Source: an uncultured Bacilli bacterium
GTDB lineage: Bacteria > Bacillota_I > Bacilli_A > RF39 > UBA660
Direction: 5' to 3'
Length of the DNA: 64,000 bases
NCBI GenBank assembly: GCA_947629035.1
Contig: CANRCE010000002.1
Coordinates: forward strand, 251 to 64,250
Below the pieces are notes generated by a model, which worked only from the letters and a program-made list of their open reading frames with translations, did no database searches and was not told where the DNA came from. This document shows positions 48,509 through 57,667 of the stretch, in pieces; within the stretch, counting starts at the first letter, position 1; each line of letters opens with the position of its first letter. The position numbers were made by a program, and so were the translations under genes.

Positions 48509-48623
48509 ATGTTAATAGTTACTTTTTATTTATTTTTTTAATTTTAAGATGTCTTCTTGACTTTTAATATTAAATATGGTTAAATGATTGATGAAGAGTT
48601 TATAGAGGAAAAGAGGTTTTATA

Positions 48624-50261
48624 ATGGATAAGAAAGATTTAGCTAATTTATTATATCCTAATATTACTAAAACAATTGAGGATCTTGAAAAAATGTATCC
48701 AGAACGAAAGCTTAATGATAAGGCTATGGTATGTAGATTTGCTCCAAGTCCTACAGGAAGAATGCATATGGGTAATTTATATGCTTCATTTATTCCTGAA
48801 GTAATAGCTAAACAGACTAATGGTGTTTTTATATTAAGAATTGAAGATACTGATAATAAACGCGCTATTGAAAATGGTATTGAATTAATATTAAATGATT
48901 TAGAACATTATAATTATATTATTAATGAAGATCCTATAAAAGGTGGAGCTTATGGACCATATATTCAAACTGAAAGAAAAGAAATTTATCATACCGTTGC
49001 TAAATATTTAGTATCAATTGATAGAGCATATCCTTGTTTTTGTTCAGAAGATGATCTTAATAATATGCGTGAGGAACAAGAAAAGAGAAAAGATAGAATA
49101 GGATATTATGGGCATTATGCAAAATGTAGAAATTTAAGCTATGATGAAGTGAAAAAACATCTTGAAAATGGTGATAAATGGGTACTTAGATTAAAGTCTA
49201 ATGGTGATTTCAATAAAAAAATTATTTTTAAAGATTTAGTTAAAGGAACTATTGAACTTCCCTCAAATGATATCGATCAAGTTTTAATTAAATCTGATGG
49301 AATTCCTCCATATGCATTTGCTCATGTTTGCGATGATCATTTTATGAGAGTTACTATCGTTACTAGAGATGATTCTTATATTTCATCGGTTCCATATCAT
49401 TTAGAAATATGGAATGCATGTGGTTTTAAACCTCCAAAATATGCTCATCTATTACCTTTAAATATCAAAGATAATAATACTATAAGAAAAATTAGTAAAA
49501 GAAAAGATCCAACGGCAGCAGTAGCATTTTATCATGAAAGAGGAATTCCTGTTGAGGCAATAAAATTATACTTTGCAACGATTATGAATTCTAATTTTGA
49601 AGGTTGGTATTTACAAAATCAAGATAAGTCATATAGAGATTTTGAATTTTCTTTTAGTAAAATGAGTAAAAGTGGGCCATTATTTGATTTAGAAAAAGTA
49701 ATAAATATTTCTAAAAACTATTTATCAAAATTAAAAGCAGAAGAAGTATATGATAATGCTTTAACTTGGTCTTTAGAGTATGATAAAGAATTTGCTAAAA
49801 TACTTCAAAAGTATAAGGATTATACTATTGATGTATTAAATATTGAAAGAAATGTTAAAAAGCCTCGTAAGGATTTTAGTTGTTATTCTGAAATAAAATC
49901 ATGTATTTGGTATATGTATGATGAATTATTTGATCAACAATTACAATATAATTTTGATAACATAAAATATAAAAAAGAAATTGCTACGATTTTAAAAGAA
50001 TATTTAGAAAATTACTATAATGAAAATGATGATAAAGATACATGGTTTAATAAAATGAAGCAATTAGCAGATAAATTAGGTTATGCTAGTGATATAAGGG
50101 AATATAAAGAAAATCCTACATTATATAAAGGAAATATTAGTGATGTTGCAAATGTTATAAGAGTAGCAGTTACGACTTCCAATAAAAGTCCTGATTTATA
50201 TATGATTTTAAAATTATTAGGACGTGATAGAATTGAAAAAAGGTTTAGCATATTTTACTAA
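48624..50261 (+). CDS. gltX: glutamate--tRNA ligase-type class I synthetase (GluRS/GluQ-like, with about 35-aa N-terminal extension)
   Basis: 545 aa. RFAPSPTGRMHMGN (HIGH region variant), ILRIEDTD, DG.PPYAFAHVCDDH, RKISKRKD (KMSKS equivalent), C-terminal GluRS-type helical anticodon-binding domain (ISDVANVIRVAVTTSNKSPDLYMILKLLGRDRIEKR). Confidence 0.8.
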   Translation: MDKKDLANLLYPNITKTIEDLEKMYPERKLNDKAMVCRFAPSPTGRMHMGNLYASFIPEVIAKQTNGVFILRIEDTDNKRAIENGIELILNDLEHYNYIINEDPIKGGAYGPYIQTERKEIYHTVAKYLVSIDRAYPCFCSEDDLNNMREEQEKRKDRIGYYGHYAKCRNLSYDEVKKHLENGDKWVLRLKSNGDFNKKIIFKDLVKGTIELPSNDIDQVLIKSDGIPPYAFAHVCDDHFMRVTIVTRDDSYISSVPYHLEIWNACGFKPPKYAHLLPLNIKDNNTIRKISKRKDPTAAVAFYHERGIPVEAIKLYFATIMNSNFEGWYLQNQDKSYRDFEFSFSKMSKSGPLFDLEKVINISKNYLSKLKAEEVYDNALTWSLEYDKEFAKILQKYKDYTIDVLNIERNVKKPRKDFSCYSEIKSCIWYMYDELFDQQLQYNFDNIKYKKEIATILKEYLENYYNENDDKDTWFNKMKQLADKLGYASDIREYKENPTLYKGNISDVANVIRVAVTTSNKSPDLYMILKLLGRDRIEKRFSIFY

Positions 50262-50270
50262 ACCTCTTTT

Positions 50271-50399
50271 TTAATTACAACAACCTGGTTGGTTAGGTCC
50301 ATAATTATTTCCATTACCCCAAAATAGAACAAAGAAGATAATTAAAACAATAATAATAATCCAAAGACCTCCACCACAGCCATAGCCATAACCGTACAT
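50271..50399 (-). CDS. tiny Gly/Tyr-rich transmembrane protein (TIGR01732 'tiny_TM_bacill' / YjcZ-like)
   Basis: Not in the ORF track (42 aa). MYGYGYGCGGGLWIIIIVLIIFFVLFWGNGNNYGPNQPGCCN. Strong RBS aaaGGGGGTG 8 nt upstream on the minus strand. Confidence 0.55.
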   Translation of the reverse strand: MYGYGYGCGGGLWIIIIVLIIFFVLFWGNGNNYGPNQPGCCN

Positions 50400-50501
50400 G
50401 TATTTAACACCCCCTTTGTAAATATTATATTTGAAATAATAAATATTGCATATAATGGATACCTAACTCTTAAATTAACTCTTGCTAAATACACTTAATT
50501 T

Positions 50502-51074
50502 ATGATAAAATGTGATAAAAGGATGGATAATATGAGACAAATAAGAAAGAAACAATACAAAATATATATTGTTTTAACATTTTCAAAAACTTTACTATCA
50601 CGTGTAATAAAAGGATATACCAAAGCAGAATTTGCTCATGTATCATTATCTTTAGATGATAGATTAGATATGATGTATAGTTTTGGAAGATTAAATTCTT
50701 ATATTCCTTTTTGGGGAGGATTTGTAAAAGAAGATATCAATTATGGTTTTTTTAAACGTTTTAATGATACAAAATCTGCAATATTTTCAATAAATGTATC
50801 AGAAAAACAGTATAAACATATTAAAAAAATCATTAGAAAGATGAATGAAAATAAAAAAAATTATAAATTTAATGTATTGGGATTATTTATGGCAAGATTT
50901 AATATAGAACGTAAAAAGAATAATGCTTTTTATTGTTCTGAATTTGTAAAATATGTAATGAATAAAGCTTATATACAACTTGATTTACCAAAGATTACAA
51001 AGCCAATGGATTTCTTTTATCATCAAAAGTTAAATTTAGAATATGAGGGTTTACTTAGAGATTACAATAAGTGA
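50502..51074 (+). CDS. YiiX/YaeF-like permuted papain-fold (C92) protein
   Basis: 190 aa. Conserved FYCSEFV near the C-terminus and AHVSLSLDD near the N-terminus, resembling the permuted NlpC/P60-like YiiX family. Confidence 0.45.
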   Translation: MIKCDKRMDNMRQIRKKQYKIYIVLTFSKTLLSRVIKGYTKAEFAHVSLSLDDRLDMMYSFGRLNSYIPFWGGFVKEDINYGFFKRFNDTKSAIFSINVSEKQYKHIKKIIRKMNENKKNYKFNVLGLFMARFNIERKKNNAFYCSEFVKYVMNKAYIQLDLPKITKPMDFFYHQKLNLEYEGLLRDYNK

Positions 51075-51142
51075 TATTAAAAAATTAAAAAGTCTTGTAA
51101 AATCAACTATATAGTGTTATAATAATATTGCTTTTGATATCA

Positions 51143-51219
51143 TGGCCTGTTGGTGAAGTGGTTAACACGGTACCCTCTCAAGGTATTATTCACGGGTTCA
51201 AGTCCCGTACAGGCTACCA
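51143..51219 (+). tRNA. tRNA-Glu-like gene with an apparent 8-nt anticodon loop (cuCUCaaa)
   Basis: 77 nt. Acceptor GGCCTGT/ACAGGCT, T-arm ACGGG-TTCAAGT-CCCGT, 3' ACCA. The backbone aligns with Bacillus tRNA-Glu (GGCCCGTTGGTCAAGCGGTTAA...). The anticodon stem GTACC/GGTAT encloses CTCTCAAA (8 nt), one more than canonical; a possible anticodon is CUC. Confidence 0.55.
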
Positions 51220-51339
51220 AAATAGTTAACTTCGTAGGACTTATATAGTTTTGCGATTTTTTAATATTTATGATTAAAAAAATATATTAAAAGATGCTAG
51301 TCTTTTTTTAATTTTTATGTTATCATTATTAAATGAGAG

Positions 51340-51765
51340 GTGAAGTACATGACATTAAATCGTAGTTTAGCAAGAGAAAAAGCAATGGCTATACTATATC
51401 AAATTTTTTTGGAAGATACCAATAGAATAAATTATAATATAACTGATGTAATAAAAGATAATTTAGAAGTTGAAAATGACTTTGTTAATAAATTAGTAAT
51501 GGGAACTATTAGTAACCTAGAAAAAATAGATAAAATAGCAAATAAGTATTTAAAAACGTGGCCTATTAATAGATTAGGCTATCATGATCAAGCAATTTTT
51601 CGGATGGCCATTTTTGAATTATTGTATACTGATACTCCAAATGTTGTTGTTATAAATGAAGCAATTGAACTTACTAAAAAATATTCTGATGATAAGATAA
51701 GTAAGATGATAAATGGTGTTTTAGATAATGTTTATCATGATTTGCTTGAAGGTAAAGATGAGTAA
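51340..51765 (+). CDS. nusB: transcription antitermination factor NusB
   Basis: 141 aa. AREKAMAILYQ...RLGYHDQAIFRMAIFELLY...NEAIELTKKYSDDKISKMINGVLD. The true start may be the Met at 51349. Confidence 0.8.
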   Translation: MKYMTLNRSLAREKAMAILYQIFLEDTNRINYNITDVIKDNLEVENDFVNKLVMGTISNLEKIDKIANKYLKTWPINRLGYHDQAIFRMAIFELLYTDTPNVVVINEAIELTKKYSDDKISKMINGVLDNVYHDLLEGKDE

Positions 51766-52606
51766 TATTTATATTAAAAATTATGATAAAAGTTACGAAC
51801 AACTAATTGAGGATAAAGAAATTACTAGATTAAAAAAAGAAAAACAAGTTTTTTTCTTTTCTAATGACAAATATTTTTTTAAACAAACAGATAATTATTA
51901 TCAAGAATTAATTGGAGCAAAAATAGCTTCACATTTAAATATAGAGCATGTTGACTATAAATTAGCTAAAATTAATTTTAAAAACTCAACATCTTTTGGT
52001 GTAATGGCTTTGAATTATCGAAAAAATTATAGAGTAATTAATTTTCATTCTTTATTTTTAGAATATGAAAAAGCAAATTCATCATTAGAAAATAAAGATA
52101 ATAATATGAATTTAGAATATATTTGGCAAGTTTTAGATTATCATTTTAAAAATTATAAAAACAAAGAGCAAGTAGTAGCCTCTATTATGGATAAATTAGT
52201 AAGTCATTTTTTATTAGATTTGATTATAGGTAATCATGATAATGGGCCATTTAATTATGAAATTTTAGAAACTAATGATGGGGCAACATTAGCAGATTAT
52301 CACGATTTTGGATTAGCTTTTCAATTTCAAAATCATACACGTTTTACTGTAGAAAATAATACTAATGATACTTTTTATGATAATATTTTAAGATTTATTG
52401 AATTAAGTTATAAAGAATATATTGATAGATTAAATAAAATGATTAATACATTAACTTTAGAGGAATTAGAAAAAATTTTTAAAGAAGTAGAAAATGATAT
52501 ATCATCTCAAATACCTCTAAATTTAAAAAATATAATTTTTTTAAGCTATGGTAGGCATAGACAAAATATTTTGAAAATACTTAACAATAAAAAAAGAAGT
52601 AGGTGA
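51758..52606 (+). CDS. hypothetical protein with HipA_C-like / atypical kinase-fold signature
   Basis: About 283 aa from the ATG at 51758 (RBS gaaGGtaaagATG); the ORF-track start of 51728 overlaps nusB. LLDLIIGNHDNGPFNYEIL...LADYHDFGLAF parallels the HipA catalytic loop GNtDnHlKNfS and the downstream (A)P(A)YD motif. Sits where folD normally lies between nusB and xseA. Confidence 0.35.
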   Translation: MSNIYIKNYDKSYEQLIEDKEITRLKKEKQVFFFSNDKYFFKQTDNYYQELIGAKIASHLNIEHVDYKLAKINFKNSTSFGVMALNYRKNYRVINFHSLFLEYEKANSSLENKDNNMNLEYIWQVLDYHFKNYKNKEQVVASIMDKLVSHFLLDLIIGNHDNGPFNYEILETNDGATLADYHDFGLAFQFQNHTRFTVENNTNDTFYDNILRFIELSYKEYIDRLNKMINTLTLEELEKIFKEVENDISSQIPLNLKNIIFLSYGRHRQNILKILNNKKRSR

Positions 52607-52610
52607 TAAA

Positions 52611-53888
52611 ATGGATAGGGAATATATAACAATAGGAGAACTTAATCATTATATTAAGCAAATATTTGATGAAGATATATTCTTAAGAAAAGTCTATATA
52701 AAAGGTGAAATATCTAATTTTAAAGCTCATACTAGAGGACATTATTATTTTACTTTAAAAGATGATACTAGTAGAATTAATGCTATTATGTTTTTAAATA
52801 ATACTTATAAACTTAAATTTGTACCAACTGATGGTATGAAAGTATTAGTAACAGGAAGAGTTAGTCTTTACGAAGCCAATGGAGCTTATCAAATATATGT
52901 AGATGATATGTTAGAAGATGGTGTAGGAAGTTTATATGTAGCTTATGAACAATTAAAGAAAAAACTTGAAGCTGAAGGACTTTTTTCCAAAGAACATAAG
53001 AAAAAAATACCAAGAATTCCTAAAAAAATAGGTATTGTTACAGCTTCAACGGGAGCAGCAATTAAAGATATTTTAACAACGATTAAAAGAAGATATCCTA
53101 TTGCCGAAACGATATTATTTCCATCGTTAGTTCAAGGAAATGATGCTAGTAGTGATATTGTAAAAAAAATTGAAATTGCAAATACTTATGATATTGACAC
53201 TTTAATTGTAGGTCGTGGTGGAGGATCAATCGAGGATTTATGGCCTTTTAATGAAGAAAATGTAGCAAGAGCTATTTATAATTCTAGAGTACCTGTAATT
53301 AGCGCTGTTGGGCATGAGATTGATTTTACAATTGCTGATTTTGTTGCAGATTTAAGAGCCCCAACACCAACAGCAGCTGCAGAACTTGCAGTTCCAGATA
53401 TTACAACAATTATTAATTATTTAGATACTGCGAAAAATCGTAGTTATAATGCAATTTTTAATTTTTTAGAAAGTAAAAAAATACTTTTAAATAATTTAAA
53501 AGATAGTTATATTTTAAAAAAACCAGAAGCTATGTATGAAATAAAAGAGCAATGTTTGGATACTTTAATTGATAATTTAAATAAAAGTATTACAAAAATT
53601 GTTGAGGCAAAACAAGTAAAGTTATTTAATTTAAAAAATAATTATATTTTAAATAATCCCCAAATGCTTTACAAATTTAAACAACAATATTTTGTCAAGT
53701 TGACAGAAAAGCTTGAAGTACTAAATCCTTTAAATACAATTAAAAGAGGTTATTCTATTGTAAAAGTTAATAGTAAAATAGTGACTAGTATTAGTGATGT
53801 AAAAATAAATGATAATTTAATTATAGATGTAAAAGATGGTCAAATTGAGACTAAAGTGATAAGGAAAGGTGATAAAAATGAAAAATAA
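52611..53888 (+). CDS. xseA: exodeoxyribonuclease VII large subunit
   Basis: 425 aa. N-terminal OB fold (ISNFKAHTRGHYYFTLKD), GIVTASTGAAIKD, VGRGGGSIEDLW, GHEIDFTIADFVAD. Confidence 0.9.
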   Translation: MDREYITIGELNHYIKQIFDEDIFLRKVYIKGEISNFKAHTRGHYYFTLKDDTSRINAIMFLNNTYKLKFVPTDGMKVLVTGRVSLYEANGAYQIYVDDMLEDGVGSLYVAYEQLKKKLEAEGLFSKEHKKKIPRIPKKIGIVTASTGAAIKDILTTIKRRYPIAETILFPSLVQGNDASSDIVKKIEIANTYDIDTLIVGRGGGSIEDLWPFNEENVARAIYNSRVPVISAVGHEIDFTIADFVADLRAPTPTAAAELAVPDITTIINYLDTAKNRSYNAIFNFLESKKILLNNLKDSYILKKPEAMYEIKEQCLDTLIDNLNKSITKIVEAKQVKLFNLKNNYILNNPQMLYKFKQQYFVKLTEKLEVLNPLNTIKRGYSIVKVNSKIVTSISDVKINDNLIIDVKDGQIETKVIRKGDKNEK

Positions 53889-54096
53889 AAGTTTTGAAGA
53901 AAAAATAAAAGAATTAGAGGCTATTGTAAAAGAATTAGAAAACGGTGAAGTTAATCTAGATGAAGCTATTGATAAGTATACAAAAGCTATGAATTTAGTA
54001 AAAGAATGTTCTGAAAATTTAACATCAGCTCAAGAGAAAGTAAATAAAATTTTAACTGAAAATGGTGTTTTAGAAGAATTTAAAGTCGAAGAATAA
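53869..54096 (+). CDS. xseB: exodeoxyribonuclease VII small subunit
   Basis: 75 aa. SFEEKIKELEAIVKELENGEVNLDEAIDKYTKAMNLVKEC. Overlaps the xseA end. Confidence 0.85.
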   Translation: MIKMKNKSFEEKIKELEAIVKELENGEVNLDEAIDKYTKAMNLVKECSENLTSAQEKVNKILTENGVLEEFKVEE

Positions 54097-54220
54097 TGAT
54101 GTGAACCCTGTTTAGTAACATCATAAAGCGACTTTTTTTATATATTTATCTATTAATACTTTATCTGTATTTGTTTACTTAAATAGATTTAAATAATAAA
54201 AAATATTAAAATTTTCCTTT

Positions 54221-54979
54221 TTAAAATAAAAATTTTAATAACATAAAAATAATACCTATAATAAAAAATATTTTTGTATTTTTATCTAAATTATATTTTT
54301 TAGAAGTTGGTAATAATTCACAAAAAGCAATTTGAAGCATAATTCCTGCAATAATAGCAAATAATATTCCTAGTAGGGTATCGCTTACAAATGGTTTTAA
54401 AAATAAAAATGTAAGTAGAGCTCCAAATGGTTCTGATAAGGCAGAAATTAGTGTATAAATTATTGCTTTTGATTTACTACCTGTTGCATAATAAATAGGT
54501 ACGGAAATACTGATACCTTCAGGTATATTATGTAAAGAAATTGCTACAGCAAGAGATATTCCAAGTGAAAAGTCACTATTGGTAGCCATAAAAGTTGCAA
54601 TACCTTCGGGGATATTATGTAATATTATAGCTAACATTGAAATAATTCCTACTTTAAAAAGTGATTTATTTTTTATATCTTGATATGGTTTATCAGGAAG
54701 ATAATAATCTATTAGCATCGATATTATTATTCCCAATATTATTGCTATCATACATAAACTAACATTTGTTAAAAAATTAAAATTTTCTCTTAAACATGAA
54801 ATAGCTTCTGGTATTAAGTCCGTAATAGATACACAAATCATGACTCCTGATGCAAAAGCTAATGATGAGGCTATTATTTTTTGATAATTACTTTTTTTAA
54901 AAAAAATAATAAGACATCCTAACATTGTCGCAAAACCAGCGATTGTCGTTAGTAAAAAAGCAAAAAGTTCTGTATTCAT
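54221..54979 (-). CDS. zupT: ZIP family zinc transporter
   Basis: 252 aa, 8 TM. Twin HNIPEG motifs (LHNIPEGIAT, LHNIPEGISIS). Confidence 0.8.
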   Translation of the reverse strand: MNTELFAFLLTTIAGFATMLGCLIIFFKKSNYQKIIASSLAFASGVMICVSITDLIPEAISCLRENFNFLTNVSLCMIAIILGIIISMLIDYYLPDKPYQDIKNKSLFKVGIISMLAIILHNIPEGIATFMATNSDFSLGISLAVAISLHNIPEGISISVPIYYATGSKSKAIIYTLISALSEPFGALLTFLFLKPFVSDTLLGILFAIIAGIMLQIAFCELLPTSKKYNLDKNTKIFFIIGIIFMLLKFLF

Positions 54980-55083
54980 AAACTATAATCACCCAATTAA
55001 TTATATTGTTTTAAAATGGTATTATTTCACATTTTTATTTTTTAGAAAAAAAGTAATACTAATAATGTAGTCTGTGATAAATT

Positions 55084-56100
55084 ATGAAAAAGGAGATGCA
55101 TTTTATGTTTTTTAAGAAACTAAAAAACAAAATTGGGCTTCTTGTCATTAGTATAATGCTATTTCCTATGCAAGTATTTGCATATTCTGACTACATAATT
55201 GCTGGTGGGGAAAATATTGGAATTGAACTAAAGTCTACAGGTATCATGATTGTAGGAACTTATAATGTTGGAAATGATAATCCAGCACGTGATGCTAATT
55301 TACAAAATGGCGATAAAATCATTAAAATTAATGGTATTGATGTAACTTCAATTGAAGAGATGTTAAATGTCATTAAAAATTCTGATAATAAAGATAGTAT
55401 TGCCATAACTTATCTTCGTGGAAGTAAAAGACTACAAACAAATTTAACACTTAAAAAGGATGGAAATGATATCTATAAAACAGGTCTTTATGTAAAAGAT
55501 AGTATTAGTGGAGTAGGAACACTTACTTTTATTGATCCTGAAACCAAAATATATGGTGCTTTGGGGCATGAGATTATCGAAAAAACAACTGGTCAAAAGT
55601 TAGAAATTAAAGATGGAAAAATCTATAATTCGACAGTAACTGGTATAACACGAAGTAGTAATGGTGTTCCTGGTGAAAAAAATGCCAAATATGATACTTC
55701 TTATGTTTATGGTAATGTTAAAGAAAACACTACTTCAGGTGTTTTTGGAGAATATTCATCACAACTTCCTAATAAAAAGTTATATAAAGTAGCCGAAGCA
55801 AGTGATATTAAAACTGGAAATGCTAGTATTTTAACCGTTATTGAAGGAGAAAAAGTAGAAGAATTTAGTATCAATATTCTTAAAACTAATGATAATAATA
55901 ACAGTACTAAAAACATCTTATTTGAAATAACCGATCCTGTTTTATTAGAAAAAACAGGAGGTATTATTCAAGGAATGAGTGGTAGTCCAATTATTCAAGA
56001 TGATAAAATTATTGGCGCTGTAACTCATGTTGTTGTTGATGATCCCACCAAAGGATATGGTATTTTTATTACAAGTATGTTAGAAGAAGCCGAAAATTAG
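55084..56100 (+). CDS. spoIVB: stage IV sporulation protein B-type signalling serine peptidase (S55)
   Basis: 338 aa. Signal peptide, PDZ domain (NLQNGDKIIKINGIDVTSIEEM), S55 catalytic region GTLTFIDPETKIYGALGHEI ... GMSGSPIIQDDKIIGAVTHV. Confidence 0.85.
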   Translation: MKKEMHFMFFKKLKNKIGLLVISIMLFPMQVFAYSDYIIAGGENIGIELKSTGIMIVGTYNVGNDNPARDANLQNGDKIIKINGIDVTSIEEMLNVIKNSDNKDSIAITYLRGSKRLQTNLTLKKDGNDIYKTGLYVKDSISGVGTLTFIDPETKIYGALGHEIIEKTTGQKLEIKDGKIYNSTVTGITRSSNGVPGEKNAKYDTSYVYGNVKENTTSGVFGEYSSQLPNKKLYKVAEASDIKTGNASILTVIEGEKVEEFSINILKTNDNNNSTKNILFEITDPVLLEKTGGIIQGMSGSPIIQDDKIIGAVTHVVVDDPTKGYGIFITSMLEEAEN

Positions 56101-56120
56101 AACGAGTTTAAAGACTCGTT
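56101..56120 (+). terminator. hairpin immediately after spoIVB (weak T-run)
   Basis: aacgagt-ttaaag-actcgtt then ctttg. Confidence 0.4.
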
Positions 56121-56186
56121 CTTTGACTAATACAATCTTTACAATTTAAATAAAACATTGTATACTTAATACAAGGAGGCAAAATT

Positions 56187-56615
56187 ATGATTAAGGAATT
56201 TAAGGAATTTATTCAAAGAGGAAATGTCATTGATCTAGCTGTTGGAGTTATTATGGGAAGTGCTTTTGGAAAAATAGTATCTTCTTTAGTTGATAACATA
56301 ATTATGCCACTAGTAGGTATCATTTTAGGAGGTATTGATTTTACTGATTTAAAATTTAAGGTTCAAGATGCTACAGTTACTTATGGTATATTTATTCAAA
56401 ATGTTATTGACTTTTTAATTATCGCTTTTTGTATTTTTATTTTTATAAAGCTTATTAATAAAATTAGTCATAAAAATAAAAAAGAAGAAGTAAAAGAAGA
56501 AGTAGTAGTTGTTAATGAAATTACTTTACTAGAAGAAATACGTGATTTATTAATGCAAAAGCAATTAACTAATAAGCAAAGTAAAACCAAGACTAATTCT
56601 AAAACAAAAAAATAA
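56187..56615 (+). CDS. mscL: large-conductance mechanosensitive channel
   Basis: 142 aa. [41 protein letters not shown] is the MscL signature. Confidence 0.85.
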   Translation: MIKEFKEFIQRGNVIDLAVGVIMGSAFGKIVSSLVDNIIMPLVGIILGGIDFTDLKFKVQDATVTYGIFIQNVIDFLIIAFCIFIFIKLINKISHKNKKEEVKEEVVVVNEITLLEEIRDLLMQKQLTNKQSKTKTNSKTKK

Positions 56616-56714
56616 TTTTACATAGGAAATAGAAATTTTAAAATTTTTTCTATTTTTTTAATGACAATTCTATATTTTTTTGATATAATTATTTCATGAT
56701 AGGAGAGTATTAAT

Positions 56715-57461
56715 ATGAGAGAAACATTAATTTGTAGTCTAGAAAAGCATTATATATATTTAATAGATAATGTTACCTATAGTTATTATATAGCAATACC
56801 ATATAAAGAATTTAAAAATACTAATTTAGCTATTACTTTAAGAGGAGATTATGAAAATTTTAATATTTCAAGTAAAGGACTTGATGTAGTAGTTTCTTAT
56901 ATAAATAATTTGTACCGTAATATTGACAATTATAATGTTACTTTGGTATTTCCTATCTTTGTCGATAACACTCTTAAAGCAGTAGATCAAAATATTAATA
57001 TTAATAATTTTGCAAGATTAGATCAAATGATGGGTGCTATTATTAATGATGCTAATAACACTTTAATTAGACATAATGTACAGGTTTTAGACACTGTTTA
57101 CATTATAAATAATGGAGAATATAAAGCTTTTCTTAACTGGTTTGTTGAACGTTATCAAGAAAGGGTAGAATATCGTAGCTTACCAGAACTTATGCAGGCT
57201 GAAAATATCGATAAAACATATAATATAATAGATACTCCTAGTATAAGTTTTGTTGTTGGAAAGAATAATGAGGAATCTATAGAAGTTAAACAAGATAATG
57301 TCGAAAAAATTCCGGATGCAATTTCTGATATTATTGAAAGAAATCAAGAACAAAAAGAACCAATACAAACAAGCAATAGCTATGGCTATGCTTCATATTG
57401 GTTTCTTGGAATTATTACAATTGTAATATCATTTATTTTACTTTCTATTTTAGTAAGATAG
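56715..57461 (+). CDS. hypothetical tail-anchored membrane protein
   Basis: 248 aa. Soluble Asn/Ile-rich body and a single C-terminal TM (YWFLGIITIVISFILLSILV). Confidence 0.4.
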   Translation: MRETLICSLEKHYIYLIDNVTYSYYIAIPYKEFKNTNLAITLRGDYENFNISSKGLDVVVSYINNLYRNIDNYNVTLVFPIFVDNTLKAVDQNININNFARLDQMMGAIINDANNTLIRHNVQVLDTVYIINNGEYKAFLNWFVERYQERVEYRSLPELMQAENIDKTYNIIDTPSISFVVGKNNEESIEVKQDNVEKIPDAISDIIERNQEQKEPIQTSNSYGYASYWFLGIITIVISFILLSILVR

Positions 57462-57462
57462 T

Positions 57463-57588
57463 TTAAAAAGCGTAAATAGCAATAGTACTTAAAATTGAAC
57501 CTACTGCTAAAATAAGCATAATAATGGCAAATATTTTAGCACCTAGGTTTTGTTTTTTTTTCTTTTTTCTTTTATTTGTATTACTCAT
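57463..57588 (-). CDS. candidate 41-aa small membrane protein (not in ORF track)
   Basis: Minus strand MSNTNKRKKKKKQNLGAKIFAIIMLILAVGSILSTIAIYAF with RBS aAGAGGTGcgatATG. Convergent with the upstream gene. Confidence 0.35.
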   Translation of the reverse strand: MSNTNKRKKKKKQNLGAKIFAIIMLILAVGSILSTIAIYAF

Positions 57589-57667
57589 ATCGCACCTCTT
57601 AAATAATTATATATTATTTTAGGAATATTTTCAAGTAAATAATAATATATTTTATTGGTGATAACAT

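Noticed and set aside
51220-51339. Terminator after the tRNA-Glu-like gene
   Set aside because: No clear GC-stem hairpin followed by a T-run could be folded by eye in this spacer.
54980-55083. Zur box upstream of zupT
   Set aside because: I could not find a convincing AT-rich palindrome of the Zur consensus type in the zupT/spoIVB divergent promoter region. Left uncalled.
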